From: Cirrosporium novae-zelandiae
Taxonomy: Eukaryota
DNA: 64,000 nt
Direction: 5' to 3'
Assembly (NCBI GenBank): GCA_026023565.1
Contig: JAPETS010000032.1
Location: forward strand, 1-64,000
A model generated the notes under the pieces. It did no database searches, was not told where the DNA came from, and saw only the letters and a list, made by a program, of their open reading frames with translations. Shown here in pieces: positions 15,233-27,789 of this stretch (position 1 is the first letter of the stretch; each line of letters begins with the position of its first letter). Position numbers and translations under genes: made by a program.

Positions 15233-16980
15233 TTATGAAGTTTACCCACCGGTCCACGTTTTCGTTAAAACGCGGTCTTTTATTCTAACTGTTTTAGTTG
15301 AATAACTATATTATTTTCGATTTTAAAAATTTTAGAATTTATACCGAAAAAAAAAGATTTAACAGTAAAATTTATAATATACCCGAAATATCGAAAACGC
15401 CGCTACTCAGAAATACTAAATAAATAAAATATTTTTATTAAAATTTTTACGTATATATTATTAGAAAACGCGTTATCTAAAATAAAATAATTTATTTTAT
15501 TCTGAATATTATATTCTTGAATAAGATCTAGAATCGCAGTCAGTTTAGTGATAAATTCGATAAAATTAAAAATATTTATATTTATTAGCGCGTTGACTAT
15601 ATTTTCCTCTATATAAAAACCTTTGAGACGCCGTAGCCCAAATAATCGGGATATATTTTAATAATATTAAGGATTTAAATAATAATCAACAACCCCTAAA
15701 ATCGAGAAATAATTAGATAATATTCAAAAATCAAAATTAAAATAAATAAAATTTTTGCTAGCTCGTAATTAAGTTTTCAAAACCGTTTATTAAACCCGGA
15801 ATTCGGATAATATTTATTAGCGAATTATATAATAATCGCGAAATAAAAAAAATATTATATCTGAATTCAAAATTATCAAAAACGTACGGAATAAATTATT
15901 TTCAATCTAAATAAAAATAATATATATATTTATAATCCACTGAATAAATAAATATTTGAATCTAGCTATATTTGTTTTTATATACAATAAAATAATAGAC
16001 TGATATTAAAACTGAATCGTTGACTTTACTACAGTCTTATCTAAAAAAGTTCTAGATTAAGGGATATCGCCGTATTTATCGATTTTATAATATTCACGAA
16101 AATGGTGAACAGTATAAATAGTAATATTTATCGAATATATTTTTATTTTAAAATATTTTCGAATAAAACTTTAATAATTAATCAGTTTCTAAAAACGAAT
16201 TCTAAAATAGCAAATTATATATATTTATTATATCTCTATTTTCGAATTTTGATATTTCGTTTATTCACCAAAATCGTATTATATCAATGAATTTATAAAA
16301 TCGTATTATTTCTAATATTATATAAATCATCAGCTAAAAAATAATAATTCTGATCGATTTTGAATCGTTTTTTCGAAATATTAAGATAGATATTATCTAA
16401 AGTTTCGTAATTTAAATTTAGGGTTTTTTAATTTGAATTTGGAGCTTGAAATAAGATTAAAACTGAAAAAAAAAATATATCTGAAAAATTTGTATAAATT
16501 AAGGGTAATAAATTATATTTAACGCGAATAATCGATTTAATAAATATAATAATAATAAAAAAAATAATAATAAAAATAATAATAAAAATAATAATAAAAA
16601 TAATAATAAAGATATTAAAAAAAGTATTAAAAAAAATAATAAAAATAAAAATAATTAAAAAAAATATTATACAAAAAAAAAATTAAATTAGTTTTATATT
16701 TCTCGAGTTAAAGCTAATTTGACTAGATAATTAAAGAACCCATATTCCAAAACTCCTTACCCCGAATTTCTCCCGAATTCCCTCCTCCCAAACCCCCCTC
16801 GAAAACCTCAACACCACAAATTCCCCCCCCCCCACCTTATATGTGTATTTATATAGACCAAAATAGACTTTGGGCAGTCAAGGTCTGGTCGGTCTATGAA
16901 AAAACTTGGTCTGGTCGGTCTGGTCGGTCTGGTCGGTCGGGGTCAGACCGTCTATTTGGTCTGGTCCATTCCCTTCACTG
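15233..16980 (-). mobile_element. 5' half of a hAT DNA transposon (Restless/Tfo1-like), RIPed, broken by the Gypsy insertion
   Basis: Minus strand gives RIPed hAT motifs: LFGLRRLKGFYIEENI, YFILDNAFSNN, RRFRYFGYIINFTVKSFFFG (cf. RLRCxGHIINLxxKAFLFG) and *RKRGPVGKLHN. Terminal sequence CAGTGAAGGGAATGGACCAGACC ends at 16980, with subterminal GACC(A/G) repeats. Confidence 0.85.
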
Positions 16981-17100
16981 AATATTACACCAGTTACACC
17001 CTATCAATATACCTCGTAACAGAGTTCCTCACAGAATAAGGTAATTGATATACAAGAATTTAACCACAACAGAATAAATAATTATAATTAACGTTGGTAG

Positions 17101-17587
17101 TATGAAAGAGTTGTGGATTTGGGCGTTTATATGGGCAGTTCGGGATAGAAACTAGGGCTGAGGAACCATGAATTGTATTAAAATTCGCTTGTCTCTGGTT
17201 GGGGTGCCTGAGGTTCTAGAAACCTAGGAAAGCTATCTCCTAAACTGGGCACAAAAACCGCCTTAGAAAGGGGGGGTCAAATTGGGAGGTCAAACTGGGA
17301 GGTCAATTGGCCCATGATAAGATCTTGAGGCTTAGTATGATTCAGCAAAAAAGTTGATACCTGAGTCTGCCTGAAAATAGTTATCTGACCTATTATGATC
17401 CCTACATAACATCCCTACTAAGGCGACCCTTTTGTGCTTAGTTTAGGAGAGACTGTATATAAGGCAGCATGGCTCAGACTAGCTCGAAAGGGATAGGACT
17501 TCGATTGAAGCCTTAGGCAATAGAAGTCAGGACCTCAGGCCGTAGGGTTGATGCTCTAGGCAGCTAAAAATCGCCAACTCTTTCACA
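17101..17587. mobile_element. Solo LTR
   Basis: Termini T(A)TGAAAGAG...CTCTTTCACA, flanked by 4-bp TSD GTAG/GTAG; similar to 19513-19904 in the opposite orientation. Confidence 0.7.
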
Positions 17588-17868
17588 GTAGATTGATAGG
17601 CTACTATTCGAGTACGATGTAATATAAATCGTCGTTATAATTATTCTGAAAAATTGTGAAGCCATAAATATCTAGGGAATCAAATTTGTGAGTCCCCCTT
17701 TTTGTGTCAGGCGCTTGCTATGGCAACAGAGAGGCTTTCATTTCGTCTTTGCGACTATATCATTACCCCTCAGTTTCATTATTCTCAAAATAATCCCTTT
17801 CATAAAATTTTTCGAAAAGTTTTATGCTTTGTTGATACCTTATACTCTTTTGTTGCCTGTATTCAGAC

Positions 17869-19123
17869 ATGGCGGAGACACATAATCCGACTACTCTTTC
17901 TCTTCGGCGGCTCCCTTGGGGTGACCCAACGACTCATGAAGTTCATCCTCTAGCATTCAACCCAGATTTCCGCGTTTACTTGCGCCATCCCGCATATAGA
18001 TACCATTGCAACATTTTACTCATGCTGCCAGGATATGATCATCCTAATGGAGGAATCCACCATGGAACAGCACTACTCGCATGTGCCATTATAACTAACA
18101 ACAGCTTCAATAGGTAGTTCACGGAAGATCGAGAAGGCAAGGTCGTGCTTGACGTACTACGGAACGGCATTCTTCAAAAGCCCAATTACTACTTCTATAT
18201 ATTAAATAACTATGAAGGTGAATAGGAAACTTATAATTATCAATCTTTTACTAATTATTTTTGTATCTACAGAGATGTATCCAGTTATTCCTAGTTTTGG
18301 GCATTGGATATTCCCACGTAAGGGTCTTCCATTTCCATGGAAACTTCGTATTCTTTACAACGCAGAGCACCCAGTGCCGGGCCAAGGTGCTTTTAAAACA
18401 CCCATATATTCACCAACCACTCGGTGTCGAATTACAAATTATCTCGACTGTATAGAACATGCCCACCTAATCCCAAAAAGCGAAAATACTTGGTTCCAGC
18501 AGAACCTGATGGCACAGTATGGGTCGTCCGGATTAAGTTACGAACCAATTGACGATCCTCGGAATACGATCCTTTTACGATCCGATGTGCATACCTCTTT
18601 TGACATGAAACGATTTGCTTCGGTTCCCAAATCTCTGTGGGCTGAATCATCAGAGACAGTATCTCCCATCTCAGATTCCGACGCGTAGGTCGTTCAACTC
18701 TTTAAGTTAATGAATTCAGACGAGCTTACGTCCTTATATTATAACATCACTCTACACCCTCTTAAAGGCATTGCACCTGAATATATATTCGCGCGGTTTT
18801 CCTGGAAAATCTTTCTCTTGGTTTCCATATTCTTGCTGGCCGGAGTTCCTCGACGTTTGGTCTTCCATAAACACCCCACAACGGCCACCAACGAGAACAG
18901 ATTAACCGAAGAGGAAAAAACCCGTTCTGGAGAGCAATGCTATATATTGCCTTTTCGGAACAAGTCTCGCAGTGTCAGTCCAAAAAAGCGAAATCCCGCG
19001 GACAATGAAGATGATTATTACAATGAGCGGCGGTATACGTTATCGGAGGAGGCGTCTGACACGGAAATAGAAGTTTTAGAAAGTGAGTGGGAGCGAGGAC
19101 GGAAAAGATGGAGAGGTATTTAA
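17869..19123 (+). pseudogene. Fungal HNH endonuclease-domain gene with two in-frame TAG stops
   Basis: N-terminal LRHPAY..GGIHHGTALLACAII; intron 18218-18272; HNH core CRITN..EHAHLIP..WF..IDDPRNTILLRSDVHTSFD; then YIFARFSW. TAG at 18115-18117 and 18686-18688. Confidence 0.8.
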
Positions 19124-19512
19124 AAACTATTTAACATCACTGAGTGAAGGATCGGCCTTGATTGATGCGCATAGAAAGACAAAATCCATGGTTTCTATCT
19201 TATCTCTGGCGTTCAAGCGATTCTTATTAGACTTAATTAGTTTTCTCTCGAACCTAACTCAACAGTAACGGCCGAGGGTGGTTCACATGTTTTAATGGTG
19301 TATTAGACTATAATCTTTCGATAAAAAAATAAAAATGAAAACGACCAGACTCAGAAAAGTGACTTTGAAGAGAGAGGCCTTTCAAAACTAATTTTTAATT
19401 TTCAATAACAAGTCGATTTGAAGGCCTCCCTCCCTCCCTAAAGCTCTAATTAGAATATATAAAAATTGATTTTTATTTAAAAAGCCCTCCTCTAGGAAAA
19501 AAAAAATAATAA

Positions 19513-19904
19513 TGTGAAAGAATTACCAGTTTTTGGCTGCCTAGGACATCGAATAAGGGCAAACCTCTATTCGGAAAGCTCTAGGTAAGCGAAGACAGGG
19601 GACAATATACCGGAACCTCGGAGTTAGTTTCTTATCTATTTACGTATTAGTACTAGATAAAGGATACAGCTACTTATTTATATAGGTAGCTGTACGCCCT
19701 GATAAATATAGAAAAATATTAGGCTTTTTTATTTTTTTAATTTTTTTATTTTTATTTGGTTGATTTGTTTTCCTATTCTAAGAGTTACGTATTTGTTTGC
19801 ACACCTAAGTCCTACACACGATACAGTTCCTATAGCTGCACCAGGCTCTTTATATCCTATACCCACAGCTCTATCTAAATGCTCAACCCTAACACTCTTT
19901 CACA
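19513..19904. mobile_element. Solo LTR, same family as 17101-17587
   Basis: TGTGAAAGA...CTCTTTCACA termini; flanks ATAA/ATAG (4-bp TSD with one G>A change). Confidence 0.65.
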
Positions 19905-20029
19905 ATAGTTAAAAAAAAAAGGAATTTGTGACTTCTTATTTATTGTAGTATCTATGTGTGTGGCACCCTATAACAAAACATCTTCGCCAAAATATTCCAA
20001 ACGTTTTTTCGGGGTTAGGTAGGAATAAT

Positions 20030-20100
20030 TAGACCAGACCGAACAACAGACCAAGGGGCTCAGTCTGGTCTAGTCGGTCTTAGTCTATTGACAAGACTTG
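20030..20100. repeat. hAT-like terminal fragment
   Basis: GACC/GGTC subterminal repeats ending AGTCTATTGACAA, the same end as 22390-22635. Confidence 0.45.
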
Positions 20101-20789
20101 CAGTGATCAAGGAGCTCGATAACAAAATAAAAATTTCAAGTATTTAGACCTGTAGTTTCGTTGATCCTGGTCTATTTATTAGGCTGGTATCAGCTTTGGA
20201 GGATATAGGATAGGACGTTCGTTTTTTTTTTTTTTTTGGCAATAGTCTAACTCTGGTTGCCTATTATCTAATTAGTTATTTTTTTTTTATTTTTCTAAGG
20301 TTCAATAGATAATATCAATTATTCTTTGTCAGCGAAAGAAAAGGACCAGACTAAGCCTCCTATTCTTTTTCCTTGGTATATTTATTCTATTACGTTCAAA
20401 ACATGCTAATAAACCAGATTTATCAAAACCTTTCTTTATTTGGTTTTTTTAAAATTACGATACATCAAAGCTGTGAATTTAACTCGTTGTGATTCATTAT
20501 TTTACTATTAGTTTGTATTTTGAAATTTTGTATATTTATCCGATAGAGTCTGTGTGCATGCATGCATGCGCTTATCCATAAGTCTTGAAACGATACATGA
20601 AATCCTCTGATATCGATTCTATCTAGGTTCTATATATCCAGACGCTACTATCGTATTGATTTAGTGTATCTATGTCTATGAGATCTATACCTTAATGGAT
20701 TTATCTATCCCCAAAAATATAATTACAGTGTTGTTCCCGGCGTTTCTAGATGCATGCGTTCGAACGTGCAATTACATTGTTTTTTGCAC

Positions 20790-21470
20790 TCGCGCCCTAT
20801 GTTAGAACTCACGGAAGATATCTGGGTGGAACGAAGACCTCGTCCCAGGCCTGTCCAACGTCTAAACACAAATTAATAAAGAGAAACTAGCGAATAAAAT
20901 TCTCATAGCCAGGTACGGTAAGAACATATAGGTATGCTTAAAGGCTATTATTAACGCATAGGTGGTATACAGTATATATTAGCGGAAGCTTCACTCCAAC
21001 TTTGTCGTATCACGAATATCAACATTTTATCCACAGGATACCACAGAGCCACTGAACCCTTCAAAAATAGTATCGAGAAAATCGCGCATTACGTGTGTCG
21101 GCCATACCCACATCTATATGTATAGGAACACGGCGGTTCTCGCTAAACATGGACGACGATAGACTCGACATGATAGAATGTAGGAATATCGTGTACGTGC
21201 CGGATGATGAGAATTTCGATGAAAGCATTGGGTCTTTCTGTGTGCTGCCCTGCGATTTTACTAGCCTGCCATACTCCCCTCTGGGACGTGCATGAAATGT
21301 TTCTTCAGTAGTACCTTATACCGCTTATGGCTAACGAGGCTGATATACTTACGCTCAAATGGATCATAGGTAATGTCCTAGTAGATCTTTTTACTGCCAG
21401 CAAGTTTTTCTTACTCTATAGACGTGGGGGAACTGGAAAGTCGAATGTATACCGGATAAAGCTTGCGTAT
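20790..21470 (+). pseudogene. Degenerate D5/SF3 helicase-like (P-loop) fragment, possibly viral or mobile in origin
   Basis: ILTLKWIIGNVLVDLFTASKFFLLYRRGGTGKS has a Walker A in D5/SF3-like context; the upstream frame gives CVLPCDF..PYSPL. Frameshifts and stops present, no introns seen. Confidence 0.45.
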
Positions 21471-21749
21471 TTGATGACACTAGCTAATACTATAGTGTTT
21501 TATGAAAAATTATTTAAGTCATATAGACTAGAAGACCTAGACCCCTATTAATTTCTTTTCCCTACTTCTACACAGTACTACCCACAGAGCAAAATAATAT
21601 CAAACAAAAGCCAATGCTAAATAGAATCATTCGATTAATAAACCCGTAATCATCGAGCGAGGCCCTCCTGCCGGAAGTCTAATCGCGGAATAGGATAGGG
21701 GAAGGTGTGTGAATCTGAAGAAAAGCACGGGTTTAGATGAACTCGTCGA

Positions 21750-21956
21750 TTAATCATCAAATGGCCATGCATCCTCCCACTCCCTTACTTCTTTTTCATT
21801 GCTCACATACTTTCGGAAAAAGTCCTTCTTTGTTCTCCGAAAAGCCTTCTTCACCTTGTCGAATTGCTCATAATCGACGAGTCTATCGAGCGATAACTCC
21901 TTTGTCTTATCGACACATTCCCCAAACCGCCGCATCTTATGAATCTTTGACCCCAT
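21750..21956 (-). pseudogene. C-terminal fragment resembling fungal APH/phosphotransferase-family proteins
   Basis: Ends in EKEVREWEDAWPFDD*, similar to the C-terminus I recall for that family; no upstream body found. Confidence 0.3.
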
Positions 21957-22389
21957 TAATCTGGTACCAAAATAAAGCGTTGAGTTTGTGAGGCTCTCCT
22001 CTGACAGCTACGAGTAGCCTTCAAAGCGCCAAACCGCGCTGCTTACTGTAATGTCTAACAACGGGTGTGCATGCACCGTTCAATCAGAATGAACAATATC
22101 AGCCTACTATTGCATGGGCTTGGGCGACCACCACGTACTAAGGATTAGTTTCGTGTGACCATATGTAAAATTACAAAACACTAATATTACTTAAAAAATT
22201 ATAATTAACGAATGTCTTTAATGCAGGGGTTATATTTAGTGCCCCCTTGGGTTAAACCTAAACTTGAAGCTTAACCCCACCATTCTAATGTCGTTTAAAA
22301 GCCTAATCTAACCAGGGTCCTTCTTAACGCCCTTTTCAGGAACCTAAGGCCAATAGATAAAGCCCGTTGCACCTAGTATTATGAATAGA

Positions 22390-22635
22390 TTGGACCAAAT
22401 AGACCTTGGACCGACCAGACCTTGATTGTTCAAGGTCTATTTGGTCTATATAAATGCGAATTATATGGTGGGGGGAGCATATTTTTGTCGTGTTGAGGTT
22501 TGTGGAGGGGGCTTTGCCGGGTGCTGAGGGGGGGAATTAACGACCCTGAGTGCGGAGTACCGAAGTTTTTCGATTTTGGCAGACCGACCAGACTGAGGGG
22601 GTCGGTCTAGTCGGTCTAGTCTATTGACAACACTG
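22390..22635. mobile_element. Non-autonomous hAT-like relic
   Basis: Internal sequence resembles the reverse complement of ~16780-16890 (GGTCTATATAAAT..GGTGGGGGG..TGTTGAGGTT); ends CTATTGACAACACTG. Confidence 0.55.
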
Positions 22636-23330
22636 TCATACCCTCGACGATAAGGCCTAAGAGAAAAAGGGCTTCCTCGTATAAATATGTATAGGAACCC
22701 ACTCTAACTTATTAGGATAGTAAGGAGTTTTTTCTGCCGCAATTTTTCTTTCTGAGATAGATTTCTTTAGAAAGAAAATAGAAATAAAGGAATTCTCGAC
22801 CACCCTTTCGTTCTTTAGTCAAGCACTTCTTTAAGATGCATGCTTATATCCTTCTATTAAGCACACGCATCAACTCTACTACATTATAGTAGTATCTTTG
22901 TCCTTTAATTAGATAGTTGTCTTTTACCACACATCTCCTTAGTTTTTAGCGCTGGCTACCTTTATAATTTTAGTCCTATCAGATTATCATTAAGTGTCCA
23001 CCATCGATTTTGAATATGGCCACAGGGTTGTTAACAAAGAAAGCATTATGTTGCTTATAGATTATCATAAAAAATCTGATAGGTTGACTGCATGGATGCC
23101 CAACCTAGTATTGGATTAGTCGAGCGATATGCACAAACAACTGGCATTTGTATGACGTGGAAAACAGGCAATTATGCTTGAAAAATTAATACAAGAGCTG
23201 TATACTTCTGAATGCTCTTTTGCTTAACTATTTTAGGTACGGAAAGTGATAGGATTTACGTAGCTGTCTTCTAAACGATCCTAACTGTAAATAGTAAGAT
23301 CGTCACTGTTAAGTAATCATGGACGGATAT

Positions 23331-23481
23331 CAGGAAGGGAATAGACCAGACCAGACCGGTCTGACATAGTTAAAATAACCTCATGTTGGGATGGCACGGA
23401 TCAGCCGTAAGAACGTTCACGGCTATTGCTGCAGCAATAATCATTTTCAGACCGGTCTGGTCTGGTCTATTCCCTTCCCTG
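23331..23481. mobile_element. hAT MITE (151 bp)
   Basis: TIR CAGG(G)AAGGGAATAGACCAGACCAGACCGGTCTG at both ends; 8-bp TSD ACGGATAT/ACGGACAT. Confidence 0.88.
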
Positions 23482-23642
23482 ACGGACATTAACAGGTCGG
23501 TGAACCTTTGGGTTGTAAGCGCTCTTGGTTGTATCTGATAAATATATAAAGTGTCCGTTCAGCTTTATATTTTAAAGTTCATTCATCACTAATTGCATTG
23601 GGTATTGCGAGAATCCTTTATAGGAAGAGAGCTGGAGGAGCG

Positions 23643-24430
23643 ATGTTGTCTTCACAAAATTCAATAAGTAATCCATTCAGTGTTTGTAAACTATTTAAAT
23701 TAACGTCTCTTCATCTCAGGCTACAGCGGGTTCCGAGAACTTCGTACCTCATGGCCTTGTTACCACCCTAGGTCTCGAGTATTCATATAGGCTCGCGGAA
23801 GACCCTAAGCAGAAGGAGGATGCAACCACTGCATTTTGGGAAAATTATCTCAATAAAATCTTGTTGAGAAATGAATGGAACATCTATGTCAACAGTCAAA
23901 CACATCATAGCGGAGAACAAACTTCCAGTGACATCACTTTGTCATATTTTGAACCTGGAGGTCGTAAAATCATTTTTACGATTATTGAAAGTAAACGGGT
24001 CACGTTGCCAAAAGGGATTGTGGACCTTGAAGATCAACTTCACCGATACTTTGCTGAAGTTTTCATTGTTAATAAAGAGGCCAATTTCATGTACGGGGGG
24101 ACAGCATTTGGGGGGAAAATTCGGCTCTGGAAAGCCGGAAGGAATGGAAGTTATATTGATGTATGGTCATTATGGGATGGGTATGACAAAGAAATAGAGC
24201 ATTACTATGATGCAGGGGACGATGCGCAGGGAAATGAAATTCAAGTTTGGTTTGAACAGATAATTGGGAATCGCCCTTCATTGTCAATTGACGGCTCAGA
24301 GATGGTTCTCCCATCAATTACTCCAGAAGGAAGGCTGAAATGGAACGAGGAACAAGGAAGATACTATCAACAGGAACCTACCGGCGAGATAGTGTGGACT
24401 CCTGAAATTCGGGTTCGGTACAATGAGTAG
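23643..24430 (+). CDS. PD-(D/E)XK restriction-endonuclease-fold-like protein; exons 23643-23667 and 23727-24430
   Basis: GT-AG splice restores an uninterrupted frame. Motifs SSDITL..IIESKR..LEDQL..MYGGTAFGGKIRLW. TATA-like ATATATAAA upstream (~23542). Confidence 0.65.
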
Positions 24431-24688
24431 CAACGGGCGCTTCCTATCATGAACCCAATACAACCTCTACTGGGGAAGTAGCCTCCGGTCAATTATAATT
24501 GGAGATTTTGTTTTTTATATTGTTTCCTGTTGGCAACCTTATAGTCGCTCTTATTTCAAAATGTTATTAGTTTGTGTATTCTCTGTATACCAAAACCCAA
24601 GGTCTATAGCATTAATTCCGTCTTGGAATGGTAAACATACTTGGATACCGTTGAGTATGTATTTATCGTTTCTCCTAAACTCCAAGTC

Positions 24689-27104
24689 CTAATCATGGAT
24701 TCGAATTATATCGATAGATAAGTTATGACACCACACAAGAACCTTATTCACAATAAGTAATCAGTAAATGGGAAAAATAATAAAGATACTCACACTATTC
24801 TCTCCGACAGGATAATGTAATTGATATTGATCACTTTGATCAGGACCCAGCCTTCTTCCCAGAGTGGTTTCAAAGGAAATCTCTTCTACGGTGTATTGAG
24901 ATCTGGTCGAATGTTTGATCAATATGGCGATTATCTCTTCATCATCTTTCAGCCATTTTATGACTGGTTGGTTCTGCTGCCAACGTCCTAATGTCTCTTC
25001 TACGCTGCCATCTCTATAATAGAGTTGTAGCCCTCTGCAGCGGTTCTTCTCATCCAAAAACCAGCCAATCCTTTCGACTTGAGTTAACTTAGCAAAATGT
25101 TGGAACGTGCAATGCTTTATCCCTTGCAGTATATCTCCTGTCATGATACTAGTCCTATCTTGATATGTTTGGCTCGTGTTTTTCAATAAAGTGTATCGAC
25201 GGTTTTTATTGGAGTTTTGATCAGTCCGCTCTTTCTCTTCACACACGATGCCAAATGAAACGACGTGACCCTGACACTTGGCCCTTCTTAAGATAAAGCC
25301 AGTGAGCGATTCGTTAGCTTTTGGTTGAAGGACACGAGTTTTGTAGCCATCTGTTGAAAGTGGCGCGAAAGAGAACTGTCGTCGGTCGGTATAAAACTAC
25401 AAGAAATTCGTTAGACTTTCCACTACCAACAAAAGAAAAGCATATTAAAAGATACCTTCAAATCTAAAGATCTCATTATAGTGTTATTTGGAACTCTAAC
25501 TTCAATCCTTTGGATAGATTCTTGGTCACTATATGAAAAGTTGATAGCGTAGCCATCTTTTGATCCTGTTAACTGACGGATGGAATCAGAATATACTTCT
25601 ATACCCTGGATAAATGAAGTCGAGTTTCGAAAGAAAAAAGTTATTCTCCCTGCCTTTTTAGGCAATGGAATCATTTCAACAGCCAGAAGACTGAGTTCAC
25701 CTTCAAGGTGAGATTTAGTCGTGACGTAATTAGCCTCATCGATAATTGATTGTTCTGTTACCCAGCTATGTTTTAAGAAAACTCTTGAGCGAAAATTCGA
25801 CAACTGGTTCGATGAGATGGCCCTTTTTGCTAAAATACGGAGTTTGCACCCCTATAGTTCTAGATTAGTCCGTCTACTGGATAATGATACAGGAGTCTCA
25901 CGTCAAATACGCAAAATGGCTGCGGTATGGTATCAACCGACCAACAACTAGTCCAACCAGACGAAGATTGGGAATATCCTTCCCAGTAATATTGGCCAAT
26001 TCTCAATCCTTTTATACCTCGGCCATCTATGCATAAGGAAATTTGATCTTCTCGACCAAGAGTAACTTGTGTGTAATGAGGAGATTCGGATTTGACACCC
26101 AAAATACTCCCATCACTCAATCTGAATCCACAGAGGTATTGGTATGACTGTATCCATCGAGTGAAAAAAATGATAGGTTGGGCTAATTTGCATAATGATA
26201 GTTCTCGGTTACGTTCTGGATTGTATTGCCGAAGATCGGGAAACAATTGCTGAATAGTTTGACCGTTAGAAAACACTATCCATAGATTAGTTGTACGATC
26301 GCCGGTCTTGCTACTTTCATCAGCAACGATATGATGTCGTATTGTGGCCCAACTTGGGCCGACGCTGGTAATGAACCGTTTCATACGCCCTCTATTGCAG
26401 AAAGCATCAATTATGGCTTTGAGGTTTGCATGTACATATGACCACATTGCAAGGTCGGTAGGAGTTAAATACTGAAGGATCATATAGGAAACGTCGTATG
26501 GCAAATTTCTTAAAAGTTCTGCTATCCTTGATATCTCCATAGTCTGTTGGGGTGCCAAAGAAGATGAGATAGTACTTGTAGGCTTCTGGAATAATTCTTT
26601 TCTGAAAAAATAGTCAAACGGATTCAAAGATTCTGCGTATTAAAATCAGTTGCTATACAAAAAATAGTTGTTGTAAATAGAACTTACGACACAAATCCAA
26701 TACATCGATCATTCGATCAAAATCATGTTCAGAATTTTCTTCTGGTCGTAGACTTAAACATAATCTATAGAGTAACTTCAAATCCAGCTGTACATCTTCA
26801 TAGGTAAGGCTCGATAGACAATACTGATGGATCAGGAATCCCGGGGGTAGAGAACTGTTGTGATGATCCACGAAGAATGTTTCAACTTGATATCTAGGTC
26901 GTAACTGTATTCGGAAAGAGGAGCTAAGATTGTAATGATTTTCAGTGCATATCACTGGTCTAAAATCAGTATTTTGGTCGCCTTCCAAAACAAGGCTGAC
27001 ATACATGCTTGAACCTCAAATTCCCATTGCTGAAAGCCTATCTGTTGGTCATCTGGACCACGCTGGCAGATGGCACATACACGTTGAAAATAGTAAGAAG
27101 CCAT
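24689..27104 (-). CDS. Multi-exon F-box-like protein with repeated beta-rich C-terminal modules (DUF7600-like)
   Basis: ATG at 27104 (MASYYFQRVCAICQ). Four long co-oriented ORF blocks are separated by GT..AG introns. F-box-like LRNLPYDVSYMILQYL; repeated GIEVY/GLQLYY..LG modules. Confidence 0.65.
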
Positions 27105-27789
27105 GAGATGTAAGAATGAATTTTAATGAAAGAAAGTGAACTGTAGGGTTATAAGTTCTCTGTGGTAAAAGCAAATATTCGGAATATCACAACCTCCGCT
27201 ATTTCCATTGCTTGGCGCTTATAACATCCCTGATAATTACGCTTAACCTGATTTAATTGAATAGTGGTTCCTTTGTATATTTTTGGTGTTACTTGTTTAC
27301 CCCACATATCCAAGAGGCTAATCTCCACAAACGAGCAATTGACAATCTTTATTAATCCTCCGAAAGAGACACGGCTTAAAAAATATTTTTCCCTCCATGT
27401 TTTTTGTTAGCGCTTTGTCTTTAGTTAGATGCTATAGATATATAAGCCAATGACCTACATATCAGTCGGCTGCGGCTGAATGAGCGATAGTCTGGTAAGT
27501 AAATACCCTGCTAGCCAGGATGCTGGGTCTTTTGATGGTGGTCTAAGCAACCAAGAAATTTATTAGAACCTATAGGTATCATGCATATTACGATTGATTA
27601 GTTGATTAGACATTTCATCGGTTACTTAGGAGGCCTAATATCGCTCCACACAAGTTTCACTAAGCGAGTCAACGAGTTCAAGTGCCTATCTTGCCATTAC
27701 GGAAGTCCAAAGTAGACGTCTTCAGTACTCTGATCTCTCAACCTCGGCAGCATATTCACAACGTGCTTAAGAACATTGTTTTCAACGAC

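Noticed and set aside
16880..16960. CRISPR-like or telomeric repeats (GGTCTGGTC units)
   Set aside because: These are hAT subterminal repeats without spacers, in a eukaryotic context, and are not TTAGGG.
19360..19500. Short inverted repeat GAGGCCTTTCAAA / TTTGAAGGCCTC
   Set aside because: Too short and no TSD found; cannot call a MITE.
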